In this document: positions 36,397-46,621 of the stretch, in pieces
Position numbering within the stretch: the stretch's first letter is position 1
How the letters are laid out: every line of letters begins with the position of its first letter
NCBI GenBank assembly: GCA_964481235.1
Contig: CAYZYH010000001.1
Coordinates: 25,372 to 89,371, forward strand
Direction of reading: 5' to 3'
DNA from: an uncultured Candidatus Saccharibacteria bacterium
GTDB lineage: Bacteria > Patescibacteriota > Saccharimonadia > CAILAD01 > BJGX01
DNA: 64,000 nt
Translations under genes and position numbers: made by a program
The notes under the pieces: model-generated
Seen by the model: the letters and a program-made list of their open reading frames with translations, nothing else
Database searches by the model: none
What the model was told of the DNA's origin: nothing

Positions 36397-37317
36397 TTAA
36401 ACACTGGGTTCAGAACCAGTGATTTGAGAAAATATTCTGGCCAACTCTTCATCTGAATAATATTCTATCTGCAATTTACCGCCCTTGGCTGTCTTATGTA
36501 GACTTACCTTGGTACCTAAATATTTACCAAGGTCTTGGGTGAGCTTGCGCTGAGGTGCTTCGGCTTCTATTACCTTACTACGCTTTATTTCTACCCCACC
36601 CTTAAATTCTCTAATGAGTGTTTCGGCGTGCCTAACTGTAAGGTTGTGTTTAATAATATAATTTAGAAATTGATCTTGTTTGATAGGATCGGTTAAAGAC
36701 AATAGGGTTCTAGCATGACCTTCGGTGATTATTCCGTCATTTAGCGCAATTTTGGCTTTATGGGTGAGATTTTGCAAGCGAATAATATTTGTAATAGTAG
36801 AAGTTGCTTTGCCCACCGCCTTACCAATTTGTTCGTGTGTCATATTAAACTGGTCGACAAGCTTTTGATAAGCCACCGATTCTTCTAGAGGTTTAAGATC
36901 GGATCTCTGCACATTTTCTATGAGAGCAACTTCTAGTTGTTGCTGTTCGTTATAAGTACGAACAATTACGGGTACCTGGGTGAGACCGGCAATTTTGGCT
37001 GCCCTTAAACGCCTTTCCCCTGCAACCAACTTGTATTTCCAATCATTCTCAGCAGTTACAATTAGAGGTTGAATGATACCATGCTCTTTAATGCTGTCGG
37101 CCAACTCCTGTAGTTCAGCTTGTTCAAACTCAGTACGTGGTTGATAGGGGTTGGCATCAATATTTTCAATAGGAACTTCAGTAACTGTTTTGTTACTTAC
37201 CCTAACTTGATCGGGCAAACTAGGTGCTGCAAATTCGTCTACTTCACCAATTTGACTAGGTATAAGTGAGTCTAAGCCTTTACCAAGACGACTGTTACTT
37301 GCTGGGTTGTTCGACAC
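36397..37317 (-). CDS. parB: chromosome partitioning protein ParB
   Basis: GERRLRAAKIAG ParB box and HTH. 23-nt overlap with parA. Confidence 0.85.
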   Translation of the reverse strand: MSNNPASNSRLGKGLDSLIPSQIGEVDEFAAPSLPDQVRVSNKTVTEVPIENIDANPYQPRTEFEQAELQELADSIKEHGIIQPLIVTAENDWKYKLVAGERRLRAAKIAGLTQVPVIVRTYNEQQQLEVALIENVQRSDLKPLEESVAYQKLVDQFNMTHEQIGKAVGKATSTITNIIRLQNLTHKAKIALNDGIITEGHARTLLSLTDPIKQDQFLNYIIKHNLTVRHAETLIREFKGGVEIKRSKVIEAEAPQRKLTQDLGKYLGTKVSLHKTAKGGKLQIEYYSDEELARIFSQITGSEPSV

Positions 37318-38086
37318 GACGACTCACCTCCTTTGATAGTTTTTTATAAGCAAATGCACCTCTACAGAATCGGTCATAAGCATAAATGGGTTTGCCATGC
37401 GATGGTGCTTCTGCTAATCGTATATTGCGCGGTATAGTGGTGTCAAATAATAGCTTACCAAAATGCTTGTTTAGCTCGCCCATAACGGCAGAGCTAAGGC
37501 TAGTACGGCCATCGTGCATAGTCACAACAACCCCCAACAACTTTAAGCTAGGATTTAGTGCTGAACGAACTCTCTTAACTGTGTTTAAAAGTTGGCCGAG
37601 GCCCTCTAGAGCATAATACTCTGCCTGGGCGGGTATAATTAGCATCTGTGCAGCTACCAAGCCATTAATAGTTAGTAGCCCAAGCGATGGTGGGCAGTCA
37701 ATAATAATATAATCAAAATTAAGACCTTGTAGGGCAGTTTTTAGCACAAATTCTCTATGAGGACGTGCGGCAAGCTCAATCTCGGCCGCTGCCAAATCTG
37801 AGTTGGCAGGCAACACGCTCAAATCGCTGTACTGTGTTTTTACCAAACTCTGCATAATATTTGTACTACCGCGAAGCACATCGTAAACAGTTTGGCTAAC
37901 TTCGGCTTTATTTATACCCAGGCCACTACTACTATTGCCTTGTGGATCTAGGTCAATTAAGAGGGTCGATCTGCCCATTTTTGCCAAATAGGCCGCAAGG
38001 TTAATTGCAGTTGTGGTTTTACCAACACCTCCTTTTTGATTCGCAATTGCAATACAATGCGCCACTTTTTGTTTTTCCTCCCTCAC
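37295..38086 (-). CDS. parA: chromosome partitioning ATPase ParA/Soj
   Basis: Deviant Walker A NQKGGVGKTTTAIN. Confidence 0.9.
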   Translation of the reverse strand: MREEKQKVAHCIAIANQKGGVGKTTTAINLAAYLAKMGRSTLLIDLDPQGNSSSGLGINKAEVSQTVYDVLRGSTNIMQSLVKTQYSDLSVLPANSDLAAAEIELAARPHREFVLKTALQGLNFDYIIIDCPPSLGLLTINGLVAAQMLIIPAQAEYYALEGLGQLLNTVKRVRSALNPSLKLLGVVVTMHDGRTSLSSAVMGELNKHFGKLLFDTTIPRNIRLAEAPSHGKPIYAYDRFCRGAFAYKKLSKEVSRRVEQPSK

Positions 38087-38261
38087 AGCATTATTGTTAA
38101 GTTAATTTTAGCATAAGTTTAAGAATTATTTCAAATAATACGAACATCTTTCGAACAATGTTAATCTTTAAATTTTTACTTTACAAACTTACTATATTTT
38201 GCTAAAATAATGCCTTAGTAATAGATAAGAAAGATCTTAAACTAGATATTTATAAAAAGCC

Positions 38262-38570
38262 ATGCTAGCAGTAATAGAAACCGGATCAAAACAATACTTA
38301 GTAGAAAAAGGCCAAACCTTAGAGGTGGAGCTTTTACATAATGACAAAGCAGCCGTTGAGTTTAAGCCATTGCTTTTAATAGATGGTGAGAACATAAAAG
38401 TTGGTAAACCAATCGTTTCGGGAGCAGTAGTTAAGGCTACAGTTGCAGATGAAATTGTAAAAGGTAAAAAACAAGTTATTTTGCACTACAAAGCCAAGAA
38501 GCGCCAAAGTACTAAGACAGGCCACCGTCAAAAGTATTCAGCCATTACAATTACCGATATAAAAGCTTAA
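38262..38570 (+). CDS. rplU: 50S ribosomal protein L21
   Basis: MLAVIETGSKQYLVEKGQ... No rpmA follows it. Confidence 0.85.
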   Translation: MLAVIETGSKQYLVEKGQTLEVELLHNDKAAVEFKPLLLIDGENIKVGKPIVSGAVVKATVADEIVKGKKQVILHYKAKKRQSTKTGHRQKYSAITITDIKA

Positions 38571-38592
38571 AATACTTAAAAAAAATATAAAA

Positions 38593-38623
38593 GTAAAAAC
38601 CACCTGCTAACTAGGTGGTTTTT
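38593..38623. terminator. bidirectional intrinsic terminator
   Basis: aaccacct-gctaact-aggtggtt followed by TTT. Confidence 0.55.
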
Positions 38624-38658
38624 GGTTATCTATTAGTAACAAAACGATAATAAATAAC

Positions 38659-40116
38659 TTATTTGCAGGATCCAGAAACAGCAATGCCACTTATGCGATC
38701 ATTCATCCAGACAAGAGTATCTTTAAAGCTTGCATTCATAGTCTGGTAATGATCAACAAGCCCTTGTGGGTTATAGCTTTGAACTGCATACTTACTAGTG
38801 GTGTACTCTTTGAGATTGGTTGTATTACCCGATGCGCACAGTCTGGCGTAACCGGCTAGGTTTTGGCGGGGCAACACTACGTTGTCGTGCATACCTTGAT
38901 TAATAAGCTTGGGTGTATCAGTTTTTATAGGGCCCACAATGTTACTCTCCATGTCGGCCATAAATTGAGCATATATTTTATTACTAGCGAGATTACCAGT
39001 TTTGGCAGCAGCTATAAACTCTTGGGTATAAATATTTGCCGATCTATTCACGCCAAGATTATTTGGCCAGTACCTGTTGACTGTGTCTATACACTCACGC
39101 GACACATCGGTCTGTAGAGATTTAATCCATTGTGGCAATAGTATTCTATTAACCGGATATTCTCGCTTGTACCAATCTTGATAGCTAGTGAGTACGAATG
39201 GCCCAAACCAGTTAATATTGGCATTATTGGTAATAGCATCGGTGAGGGTTTCGTTTACGCTAGTAACCGGGCCAAAACCGATTGCACCTCGCAATTTGAT
39301 GTCTGGTGCATATTTAGAAGCGATCGCGTCGGCCCAGAAAGCAGCATGTCCGCCTTGGCTGTAGCCACCAGTAAATATGGCATTTTCATCGATATTATTT
39401 TTTGACAACTCAAGATTTTCTAGTGAGTGAATACTATCTAGTACTGCGCGACCTTCTATATCACCCACCATGTAGTGATGAATTCTGCTGGGATCACGCA
39501 GGCCCTCATAGTCGGTAATAACCACAATATAACCTTGACTTGCATACGCAGCCATCAAGCTATCGTAATTTGCCCAGTTGCGCTTAGCGGGCTGTTCTAA
39601 ACTACCTCCGCAAGCGTCTCCAATACCAATTGTACCTGGCGCAAATGCCAGCACTGGTAGTTTTTTTGTACCAATATTGGAAGGAACGTATACTCTAGCA
39701 TAAATTGGTACATCATTAACTATGCCATCTGAGCTGGTATACACATAGGTTTGTTTGGTGTGACCCTGTGTAACTGGCAAATCAAAATTACGGTTATTTT
39801 GCCGAATACGTTCAAGTGTTTGAGCAGCGGTAAAGTTTTGTGCAGGCTCGGTAGAAACTATCTTGCCAGTGTCAATTTTGGGTGGCTTGGTTGATTCAAG
39901 TTGTTTGGTTGGTGGCGAGTAGATAACTTTGTTTGAGTCTTTGTAAGATTGCCATCTAAGAAATCCAGCAATAGCAATCATGATAACTAGTTCTACAGCG
40001 ATGATGATATAAAATTTTTTGCTTATTTTGCTTTTAGTAATCTTTGGCGACGTCGTAACCAAGTGTGAGGCGCTTTTGTGTTGTCGAATAGTTTTTTTGA
40101 GTGTAGCTTTTTTCAT
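38659..40116 (-). CDS. secretory-lipase-like alpha/beta hydrolase, membrane anchored
   Basis: N-terminal TM. GYSQGG nucleophile elbow typical of the LIP family. C-terminal Cys pair. Confidence 0.55.
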   Translation of the reverse strand: MKKATLKKTIRQHKSASHLVTTSPKITKSKISKKFYIIIAVELVIMIAIAGFLRWQSYKDSNKVIYSPPTKQLESTKPPKIDTGKIVSTEPAQNFTAAQTLERIRQNNRNFDLPVTQGHTKQTYVYTSSDGIVNDVPIYARVYVPSNIGTKKLPVLAFAPGTIGIGDACGGSLEQPAKRNWANYDSLMAAYASQGYIVVITDYEGLRDPSRIHHYMVGDIEGRAVLDSIHSLENLELSKNNIDENAIFTGGYSQGGHAAFWADAIASKYAPDIKLRGAIGFGPVTSVNETLTDAITNNANINWFGPFVLTSYQDWYKREYPVNRILLPQWIKSLQTDVSRECIDTVNRYWPNNLGVNRSANIYTQEFIAAAKTGNLASNKIYAQFMADMESNIVGPIKTDTPKLINQGMHDNVVLPRQNLAGYARLCASGNTTNLKEYTTSKYAVQSYNPQGLVDHYQTMNASFKDTLVWMNDRISGIAVSGSCK

Positions 40117-40592
40117 ATACCCACCTTAGACATTAAATACATGTCTACGTCTGTATCTATATCGGTAAGAATCTTATTAATATCATAGCCCGATCGTTCA
40201 TAAAAATGTTGTTGGTTGTGAGTTACCAGCTCTATAGAGTCAACTTTTCTGGCTTTTAGGCCCCGCTCGGTTTCGCTCAGAAGTAACTGACCTAGTTGTT
40301 TTTTTCTAAGTGCTGGCACAATATATAGCCAGTACAAAAAAGCCCTCATATTGCTTTTTTGGATGCCAGATATAGAATAGCCTTCTAACTGGTTGTTTTG
40401 ATATATACCCATGAACAGCCTATAAGGATGAATGGTGCCCAACCTGATCTTATTGATATTATTGGTACGGCGCACATTTTGTCTATACGATGGCGAAAAA
40501 TATGCAAAATCTTCTTCTAGTGCTTGATCAAACAGATAATATAGTCTGCCACTATGAAAGATTGGTATTTTTTTTATAACAATATCAGCCAT
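40113..40592 (-). CDS. GNAT family N-acetyltransferase
   Basis: ALRKKQLGQLLL acetyl-CoA-binding motif and a C-terminal YERSGY motif. Confidence 0.65.
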   Translation of the reverse strand: MADIVIKKIPIFHSGRLYYLFDQALEEDFAYFSPSYRQNVRRTNNINKIRLGTIHPYRLFMGIYQNNQLEGYSISGIQKSNMRAFLYWLYIVPALRKKQLGQLLLSETERGLKARKVDSIELVTHNQQHFYERSGYDINKILTDIDTDVDMYLMSKVGI

Positions 40593-40631
40593 TTAATAAG
40601 TATTATACTTTGTTACAGCAAAAGTAAACAA

Positions 40632-41564
40632 TTAAAGGTTAGAAATAAAGTGCTCGGCCTCTAGTGCCGCGCGACAACCATCGCCAGCCGCGGTAATTGC
40701 TTGTCTATAGCGCGAGTCGGCTACGTCACCGGCGGCGTATACGCCAGGTATTTCTGTGCTAGTGTCGGGCTTGGGTGTGAGATAGCCTTTTTCATCTCTA
40801 TTCAATACACCGTCAAAAAGTTTAGTGGCTGGCGTGTGACCAATAGCTACAAACAGTCCGCCACAGGCTATGTTGTGCTCTTTGCCAGTCACGGTATCTT
40901 TTAGCTTTACTCCCTCTACAAAATCTTTGCCTAGCACATCTACTACTTGAGCATTCCAGATGATATCAATTTTTTTGTGCTTTTTTACACGTTCTTGCAT
41001 AATCTTACTAGCTCTAAATTCGTCTCTGCGGTGAACAATAGTAACCTTACTTGCAAATTTAGCTAACGTAAGAGCTTCTTCCATAGCGCTATCGCCACCA
41101 CCAGCCACTACCACGTGCTTATCGGTAAAGAAAAAGCCATCACAGGTTGCACAGGCCGATATGCCTTTGCCCATTAAACGCTGTTCGTTTTCTAAGCCCA
41201 GCCAGTTTGCACTCGCCCCGGTCGATATAATAACGGTTTTGGTATTGTACATGTCATCACCTACCCAAATCTTTTTGGGTTGAGCTTTTAGATCAATCTT
41301 GGTTACAAAATCGGCTCTAAATTCGGTACCAAATCGCAAAGCCTGAGCCTTCATCTGCTCCATTAGCTCGGGACCCATAATACCGTCTTTGAACCCCGGA
41401 AAGTTCTCTACCTCAGATGTAAGTAGTAGTTGCCCGCCAGGAGTATCACCGGCTATCATTAAAGTACTAAGACTGGCGCGCGAAGCATAAATTGCCGCTG
41501 TGTACCCAGCCGGTCCAGCACCAATAATTATTACATCATAAATTTTGTTCGTTTTTTCGCTCAT
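40632..41564 (-). CDS. trxB: thioredoxin-disulfide reductase
   Basis: GAGPAGYTAAIYA FAD motif, CATCDGFFF redox CxxC, GGGDSAMEEA NADPH motif. Confidence 0.9.
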   Translation of the reverse strand: MSEKTNKIYDVIIIGAGPAGYTAAIYASRASLSTLMIAGDTPGGQLLLTSEVENFPGFKDGIMGPELMEQMKAQALRFGTEFRADFVTKIDLKAQPKKIWVGDDMYNTKTVIISTGASANWLGLENEQRLMGKGISACATCDGFFFTDKHVVVAGGGDSAMEEALTLAKFASKVTIVHRRDEFRASKIMQERVKKHKKIDIIWNAQVVDVLGKDFVEGVKLKDTVTGKEHNIACGGLFVAIGHTPATKLFDGVLNRDEKGYLTPKPDTSTEIPGVYAAGDVADSRYRQAITAAGDGCRAALEAEHFISNL

Positions 41565-41619
41565 AGAAATTATATTATACCAAAGATATCAGTGATTACT
41601 TAATTTTCGAATTAATACT

Positions 41620-42396
41620 TTATGGTCTTAGTGTGCCAGCAAAAACCTGCCAGGCTAAAGCTGATTTTGCTACTAAGCTAAGGATAATATAAACACGCTC
41701 TCCATATAGATAATCGCGCCATGGGCCAATTTTTTTGTATTGCAATACCATGTTAATAGCAAAGCAGTTGAAAAATATAAACAAGCTTACAAATATGTAG
41801 TAAACAAAAGTGGGTATTTTGGCATCGCCAATACTAAATTGTGCCGAAGCCCAAAAAGTGAGCGCTATACCTATCCAAGGCACTATGCCTGCCAAACAAC
41901 CAACATAGTAACTCAGCCAGTTGGTTTTTTGAGTAGTCTGGTTGTGTACCTCCATTATTAGACCACACAGATTCATAACGGCTGTTAAGGTGAATAGCGC
42001 TAGAAGTGTCACTATGTCGTATATACCAGTTAGCATAGCTATTGCTACTATCATGGTGCTCGCACTTATGCTGTATTCTATCCAGCGAGCGCGGTTAATT
42101 CCTTTGGCAAGGTCGGTCTCATAGCCTTTGCGCCAAACTGTCGTAATTACCAAGTGTGCAATACCACTCATCAACAAAAAGGCCACCACCAGGTATGCTA
42201 GGTTTATATTAAACAGAGCTTTTGTAGCTGGTTCTAAAGATTGGGTGTTGTAATTAAATTGCAAAAAAGAAATTGTTACCGGCAAAGTAAAGCTTTTGCT
42301 TAGGTACAATATAAGACCAGCTTGGGCAAAATGCAGACCAGCAGCGATAAGATTTAAGTTGCGTAATTTTTTGAAAGAAATTTTAGATTCACTCAT
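41620..42396 (-). CDS. heliorhodopsin-like 7TM protein (putative retinal-binding)
   Basis: 258 aa, 7 TM. Motifs RWIEYSISAS (TM3 Glu), GCLAGIVPW, and SLVAKSALAWQVFAGTL with Lys in the last helix. Confidence 0.6.
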   Translation of the reverse strand: MSESKISFKKLRNLNLIAAGLHFAQAGLILYLSKSFTLPVTISFLQFNYNTQSLEPATKALFNINLAYLVVAFLLMSGIAHLVITTVWRKGYETDLAKGINRARWIEYSISASTMIVAIAMLTGIYDIVTLLALFTLTAVMNLCGLIMEVHNQTTQKTNWLSYYVGCLAGIVPWIGIALTFWASAQFSIGDAKIPTFVYYIFVSLFIFFNCFAINMVLQYKKIGPWRDYLYGERVYIILSLVAKSALAWQVFAGTLRP

Positions 42397-42488
42397 TACT
42401 ACTCTCCATTTGGTTATTTAGTTATTGTAGCACAAGTTCTTTTACATGGCTGTGATATAATAATTATAGGTAAATAAGGAGTGAAAAA

Positions 42489-42869
42489 ATGACTGGATTT
42501 GTAACCAATATAGAAAAAGATACGCTCGAAAACGACAATTTTCGCAAAGTGCTCTACACCGCCAAAAACATGCAACTAGTAGTGATGAGCCTAGATGCAG
42601 GTGAAGAAATTGGCCTCGAAACCCACCCTGAGCATGATCAATTTATAAGGGTAGATAAGGGTAATGCCAAGGCTATTTTGAATGGTGAAGCGTCAGAACT
42701 ATCTGATGGTAGCTGCGTGATTATTCCGGCTGGCGTGGAACACAATGTAGTAAATACTGGTGACGGCGAGCTCAAACTTTACACCATATATTCGCCACCA
42801 GAACACCCCGATGGCACTGTGCACGCCACCAAGGCCGATGCCATGGCCGACCCCCACGAGCAACACTAA
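42489..42869 (+). CDS. cupin domain protein
   Basis: HPEHDQF...GVEHNVVNTG two-His cupin motifs. Confidence 0.65.
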   Translation: MTGFVTNIEKDTLENDNFRKVLYTAKNMQLVVMSLDAGEEIGLETHPEHDQFIRVDKGNAKAILNGEASELSDGSCVIIPAGVEHNVVNTGDGELKLYTIYSPPEHPDGTVHATKADAMADPHEQH

Positions 42870-42922
42870 GCTTCGCAATATTTAGAAGTGGATCTAGAAG
42901 TTTCTGATACAATAGAAACTCA

Positions 42923-44089
42923 ATGCAAAAACTTTCCACTCAACAAGCAGAAGCCTTGAGCGCTATAGGTTCGTGGCTCAAGTCTAAAAACCAACCCTAT
43001 TTAACACTAGGTGGTTATGCAGGTACCGGCAAAACCACGCTTATAGCAGCCCTACGCGAAATACTCGCCAAGAACCGGCCCGATATGCGCTTGGCTTTTG
43101 TAGCCTACACTGGCAAAGCTGCGCAAGTGCTCAAAAAACATTTGCGAGCAAAAAAAGCTACTAAAGGTATTGATACTATATCTACAATTCACGGGCTTAT
43201 GTATTACTCAAATTCTAAAAAAGACCAACCTATTAGTTGGCGCAAGCGAGAGAATCTTAAGTACGACCTTATAATAGTTGATGAAGCTAGTATGATAAGT
43301 GAAGACATATGGCATGATCTACTTAGTTTTGGTATACCCATACTCGCCGTTGGTGATCACGGACAATTACCACCAATCAACTCAAACTTTAATCTCATGG
43401 CTAACCCACATATTCGTTTAGAGCAAATTTTTCGGCAGTCATCCAATAGTCCAATAATTAAGATTGCTACCAATGCTCGTATAAATGGTGAAGTAATGAT
43501 AGCCAATTACTCTCCAGTAGTTAAAAAATTACAGAAATCAAATAGCGAAACTGGCGAGATTGTAGAAGAGATTTTGCGGCGGCATGGCGAAGATAGTCTG
43601 GTACTATGTGGTTACAACCATACGCGACAAAAACTCAATAGCTACATAAGAGAACTCAAAGAATTTGAATCGCCCAACCCAATGGTTGGCGACACAATAG
43701 TATGTTTGCGAAATAGCCGCGAGAGCGGGCTTAGTAACGGGCAAGTTGGGGTAATTAATTACATTGGTGATGCCGATGATGATATTAAAAAACAATGGTG
43801 GTATTTACAAGCTGATTTTGACGGAACTAAATTTGAAGGCTATGCACCGCGCGAACAGTTTGGAGCGCTCACTACCATGTCACGCTTGCCTAAGCGTAAA
43901 AAAACCGACCCTATTGGCCTATTTGATTTTGGCTATGCACTTACTGTACACAAAGCTCAGGGTTCACAAGCTCAAAGAGTACTGCTGTTTGAAGAAAGAT
44001 TTTCACAAATGAGCGACGACGACTGGCGCCGTTGGCTCTATACAGCAGTTACAAGAGCCGAAGAAGAACTCTATATTATTGGAAATTAA
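42923..44089 (+). CDS. SF1B DNA helicase (RecD/Pif1/Dda-like, AAA_30 family)
   Basis: Walker A GYAGTGKTT, Walker B IIVDEASM, C-terminal YALTVHKAQGSQ motif. Confidence 0.75.
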   Translation: MQKLSTQQAEALSAIGSWLKSKNQPYLTLGGYAGTGKTTLIAALREILAKNRPDMRLAFVAYTGKAAQVLKKHLRAKKATKGIDTISTIHGLMYYSNSKKDQPISWRKRENLKYDLIIVDEASMISEDIWHDLLSFGIPILAVGDHGQLPPINSNFNLMANPHIRLEQIFRQSSNSPIIKIATNARINGEVMIANYSPVVKKLQKSNSETGEIVEEILRRHGEDSLVLCGYNHTRQKLNSYIRELKEFESPNPMVGDTIVCLRNSRESGLSNGQVGVINYIGDADDDIKKQWWYLQADFDGTKFEGYAPREQFGALTTMSRLPKRKKTDPIGLFDFGYALTVHKAQGSQAQRVLLFEERFSQMSDDDWRRWLYTAVTRAEEELYIIGN

Positions 44090-44138
44090 AAAATGCCTAC
44101 CATTTATAAATAGGCATTTGAATTTATCCAACACTGTA

Positions 44139-44624
44139 CTAAATAGGCAGCTCTCTAACCTCGCAAAATTTAGGTATTAACCTAGAATCTTTATAGATAC
44201 CTAATAAACTACATAGTGCGGCAATAACCATACCATGTGTTATCCAAACCCTTTCTCTAGGACCATCACCCAGAATTACTTGGGCTTGTTCTAGGGCAAT
44301 ATTAGGCAATTCGTCGTTGTTCAACATTTTACGTAACTCTGTTAGTTCTAGACCGTGCACAACTTCGTCGAGTATTTGGTATGGTTGAAGATCTTTAAAT
44401 CCAGCTTGAGCGGCAGTTTCTGCGGTACGGCTTAGAGTAGAGACAGCAACGCGAGTAACAGGAGGGTTGATACCATAGTGCATTAAAAGCTCGTCGCCCA
44501 ACAATCTAGCTTGTTTTTGACCCTCTAACATTAAAGGAGCCTCGGCACTAGCAAAAGCCATGGTGCCAATATTATTACGGTTATTTGCCTCAGAAAGTGC
44601 GTGTCGAATCACTAGGATAGTCAC
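44139..44624 (-). CDS. histidine phosphatase family protein (small)
   Basis: ILVIRHALSEAN...THGM. Histidine phosphatase fold with Ala substituted in the RHG triad. Confidence 0.55.
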   Translation of the reverse strand: MTILVIRHALSEANNRNNIGTMAFASAEAPLMLEGQKQARLLGDELLMHYGINPPVTRVAVSTLSRTAETAAQAGFKDLQPYQILDEVVHGLELTELRKMLNNDELPNIALEQAQVILGDGPRERVWITHGMVIAALCSLLGIYKDSRLIPKFCEVRELPI

Positions 44625-44666
44625 GGATATATAGTACTAAAGATACCTTATTGGGTCAATGTAATA

Positions 44667-46493
44667 TTATTTTCGCTTGCGCTTGTTGGGGTCGAGTTCG
44701 CGTTTGCGTAGTCGTAGTGATTTTGGAGTAACCTCTAAAAGTTCGTCATCCTCTATAAAATCTATGCATTCTTCTAGGCTCATTTTGACAGGTGGCATTA
44801 GTTGCACAACTCCATCGCTACTGCTAGTGCGCATATTGGTTAGTTGCTTGCCTTTACAAATATTAACTTCCATATCTTCACTTCGATTGTTAAGACCAAT
44901 TATTTGCCCGGCATAGACTTTTTGGCCCGGCTCTACAAAACAAACTCCTCGTTCTTCTACTTTTTGGAGTGAGTAAGCAGTAGCGCTACCAGCCTCAAAA
45001 GATATGAGTGCGCCATTGCGTAATTGCTTGAGCGCCGATGTCTGTTCGGTATAGCCTATCATTAGACTATTTATTACTGCAGCACCTTTGGTGGTGGTCA
45101 TTAGAACATTGCGCAGACCAAGCAACGCGCGAGTAGGTAGTTCATAGACGAGTTTAGATACGCTCTTTGAACTACTAAATTGTTCTTTTAAGGTGGCTCT
45201 ACGGGTACCTAGCTCCATCTGAACTGCGCCCACATTTTCTGGCGGTACTTCAATAATAAGCTCTTCTACCGGCTCCATAGTCTTGCCGTCTTCTTGTTTA
45301 GTTACCACTTGTGGGCGACCTACCTCTAGTTCAAAGCCTTCACGTCTTAGCGACTCAATAAGTACGCTGAGGTGTAGTTCGCCTCTACCACTAACCAAAT
45401 AACCAATATCGTTTGGCTCTATTTGCAGGCCCACATTGGTTTCGAGTTCTTTTTGTAGTCTATCGCCTATTTGGCGAGACGTTGTAAACTCGCCCTCTGT
45501 CCCTTTTACAGGGCTGGTGTTGGGGCCTATATATATTTTGAGAGTTGGGGCCTCTACCTCAAGTACTGGCAGGGCCTCTGGGTTATTAACATCGGCAATT
45601 GTTTCGCCTATTTGGGCATCGACAACCCCCGTAAGCTGTACAATATCGCCGGCAATTGCTACCTTGGCTTCTACACTAGTAAGACCTTTGCTTATAAATA
45701 CATTATCGATACTAGTTTTGGCTTGAGTGCCGTCTTTTTTACAGAGCACCACTGCTTCACCTGGCTTTACTTGGCCACGATTGACTCTACCAATAGCATA
45801 TTTACCCCTAAAATTATCCCAACGAAGCGCCGTTACTAACATTTGAAAAGACCCATCTAGTTCAACTCTTGGGGCTGGCACTTGCTCAACAATGGCCTTA
45901 AATAAAACATCTAGATTGGCTACGGCTGTAACGTCACTAGGTATCTCGGCCCAAGCTTTGCCCTCGCGCGATATAGCATAATACACTGGGTAGTGTAGTT
46001 GGTCCTCATGAACAGCCAGTTCTAAAAATAAATCTGCAAGTTCTTCTTCTACTTCAGCCACTCTACTACCTGGCTTATCTATCTTGTTAATTACTACTAT
46101 GGGCTTAAGATTTCCTACCAAGGCCTTTTGGAGTACAAATTTAGTCTGAGGCATTGGGCCTTCTTGGGCATCAACAATTAGCAAGCAGCCGTCAGCCATA
46201 TTTAGAGTACGTTCTACCTCACCGCTAAAATCAGCATGTCCAGGTGTATCAATTATATTTATTCTATAGCCATCGTGCACCACCGCAGTAGTTTTGGCGG
46301 TAATTGTGATACCACGCTCGCGCTCTTGATCGCCACTATCCATTATCAGCTCTTGACTCATCTCGGCTTGGTTGTCGCGAAAAGTTTGTGATTGCTTTAA
46401 TAAACCATCTACTAGAGTGGTCTTGCCATGGTCTACGTGAGCAATTATTGCAATATTGCGTATTTTACTTGGGTCTTGTATTTGGTCACTCAT
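44667..46493 (-). CDS. typA: translational GTPase TypA/BipA
   Basis: [28 protein letters not shown]-like domains. Confidence 0.9.
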   Translation of the reverse strand: MSDQIQDPSKIRNIAIIAHVDHGKTTLVDGLLKQSQTFRDNQAEMSQELIMDSGDQERERGITITAKTTAVVHDGYRINIIDTPGHADFSGEVERTLNMADGCLLIVDAQEGPMPQTKFVLQKALVGNLKPIVVINKIDKPGSRVAEVEEELADLFLELAVHEDQLHYPVYYAISREGKAWAEIPSDVTAVANLDVLFKAIVEQVPAPRVELDGSFQMLVTALRWDNFRGKYAIGRVNRGQVKPGEAVVLCKKDGTQAKTSIDNVFISKGLTSVEAKVAIAGDIVQLTGVVDAQIGETIADVNNPEALPVLEVEAPTLKIYIGPNTSPVKGTEGEFTTSRQIGDRLQKELETNVGLQIEPNDIGYLVSGRGELHLSVLIESLRREGFELEVGRPQVVTKQEDGKTMEPVEELIIEVPPENVGAVQMELGTRRATLKEQFSSSKSVSKLVYELPTRALLGLRNVLMTTTKGAAVINSLMIGYTEQTSALKQLRNGALISFEAGSATAYSLQKVEERGVCFVEPGQKVYAGQIIGLNNRSEDMEVNICKGKQLTNMRTSSSDGVVQLMPPVKMSLEECIDFIEDDELLEVTPKSLRLRKRELDPNKRKRK

Positions 46494-46621
46494 AATAATC
46501 TAAAAAAATAACAGCGCGACAATTATATCGCGCTTGCGCTACTAATTAACTATTATTATGTCACAACTCGCATAAGTTTACAATAGATTTAATATATTTT
46601 GCTTATGTAGCGTCTTTAAAA

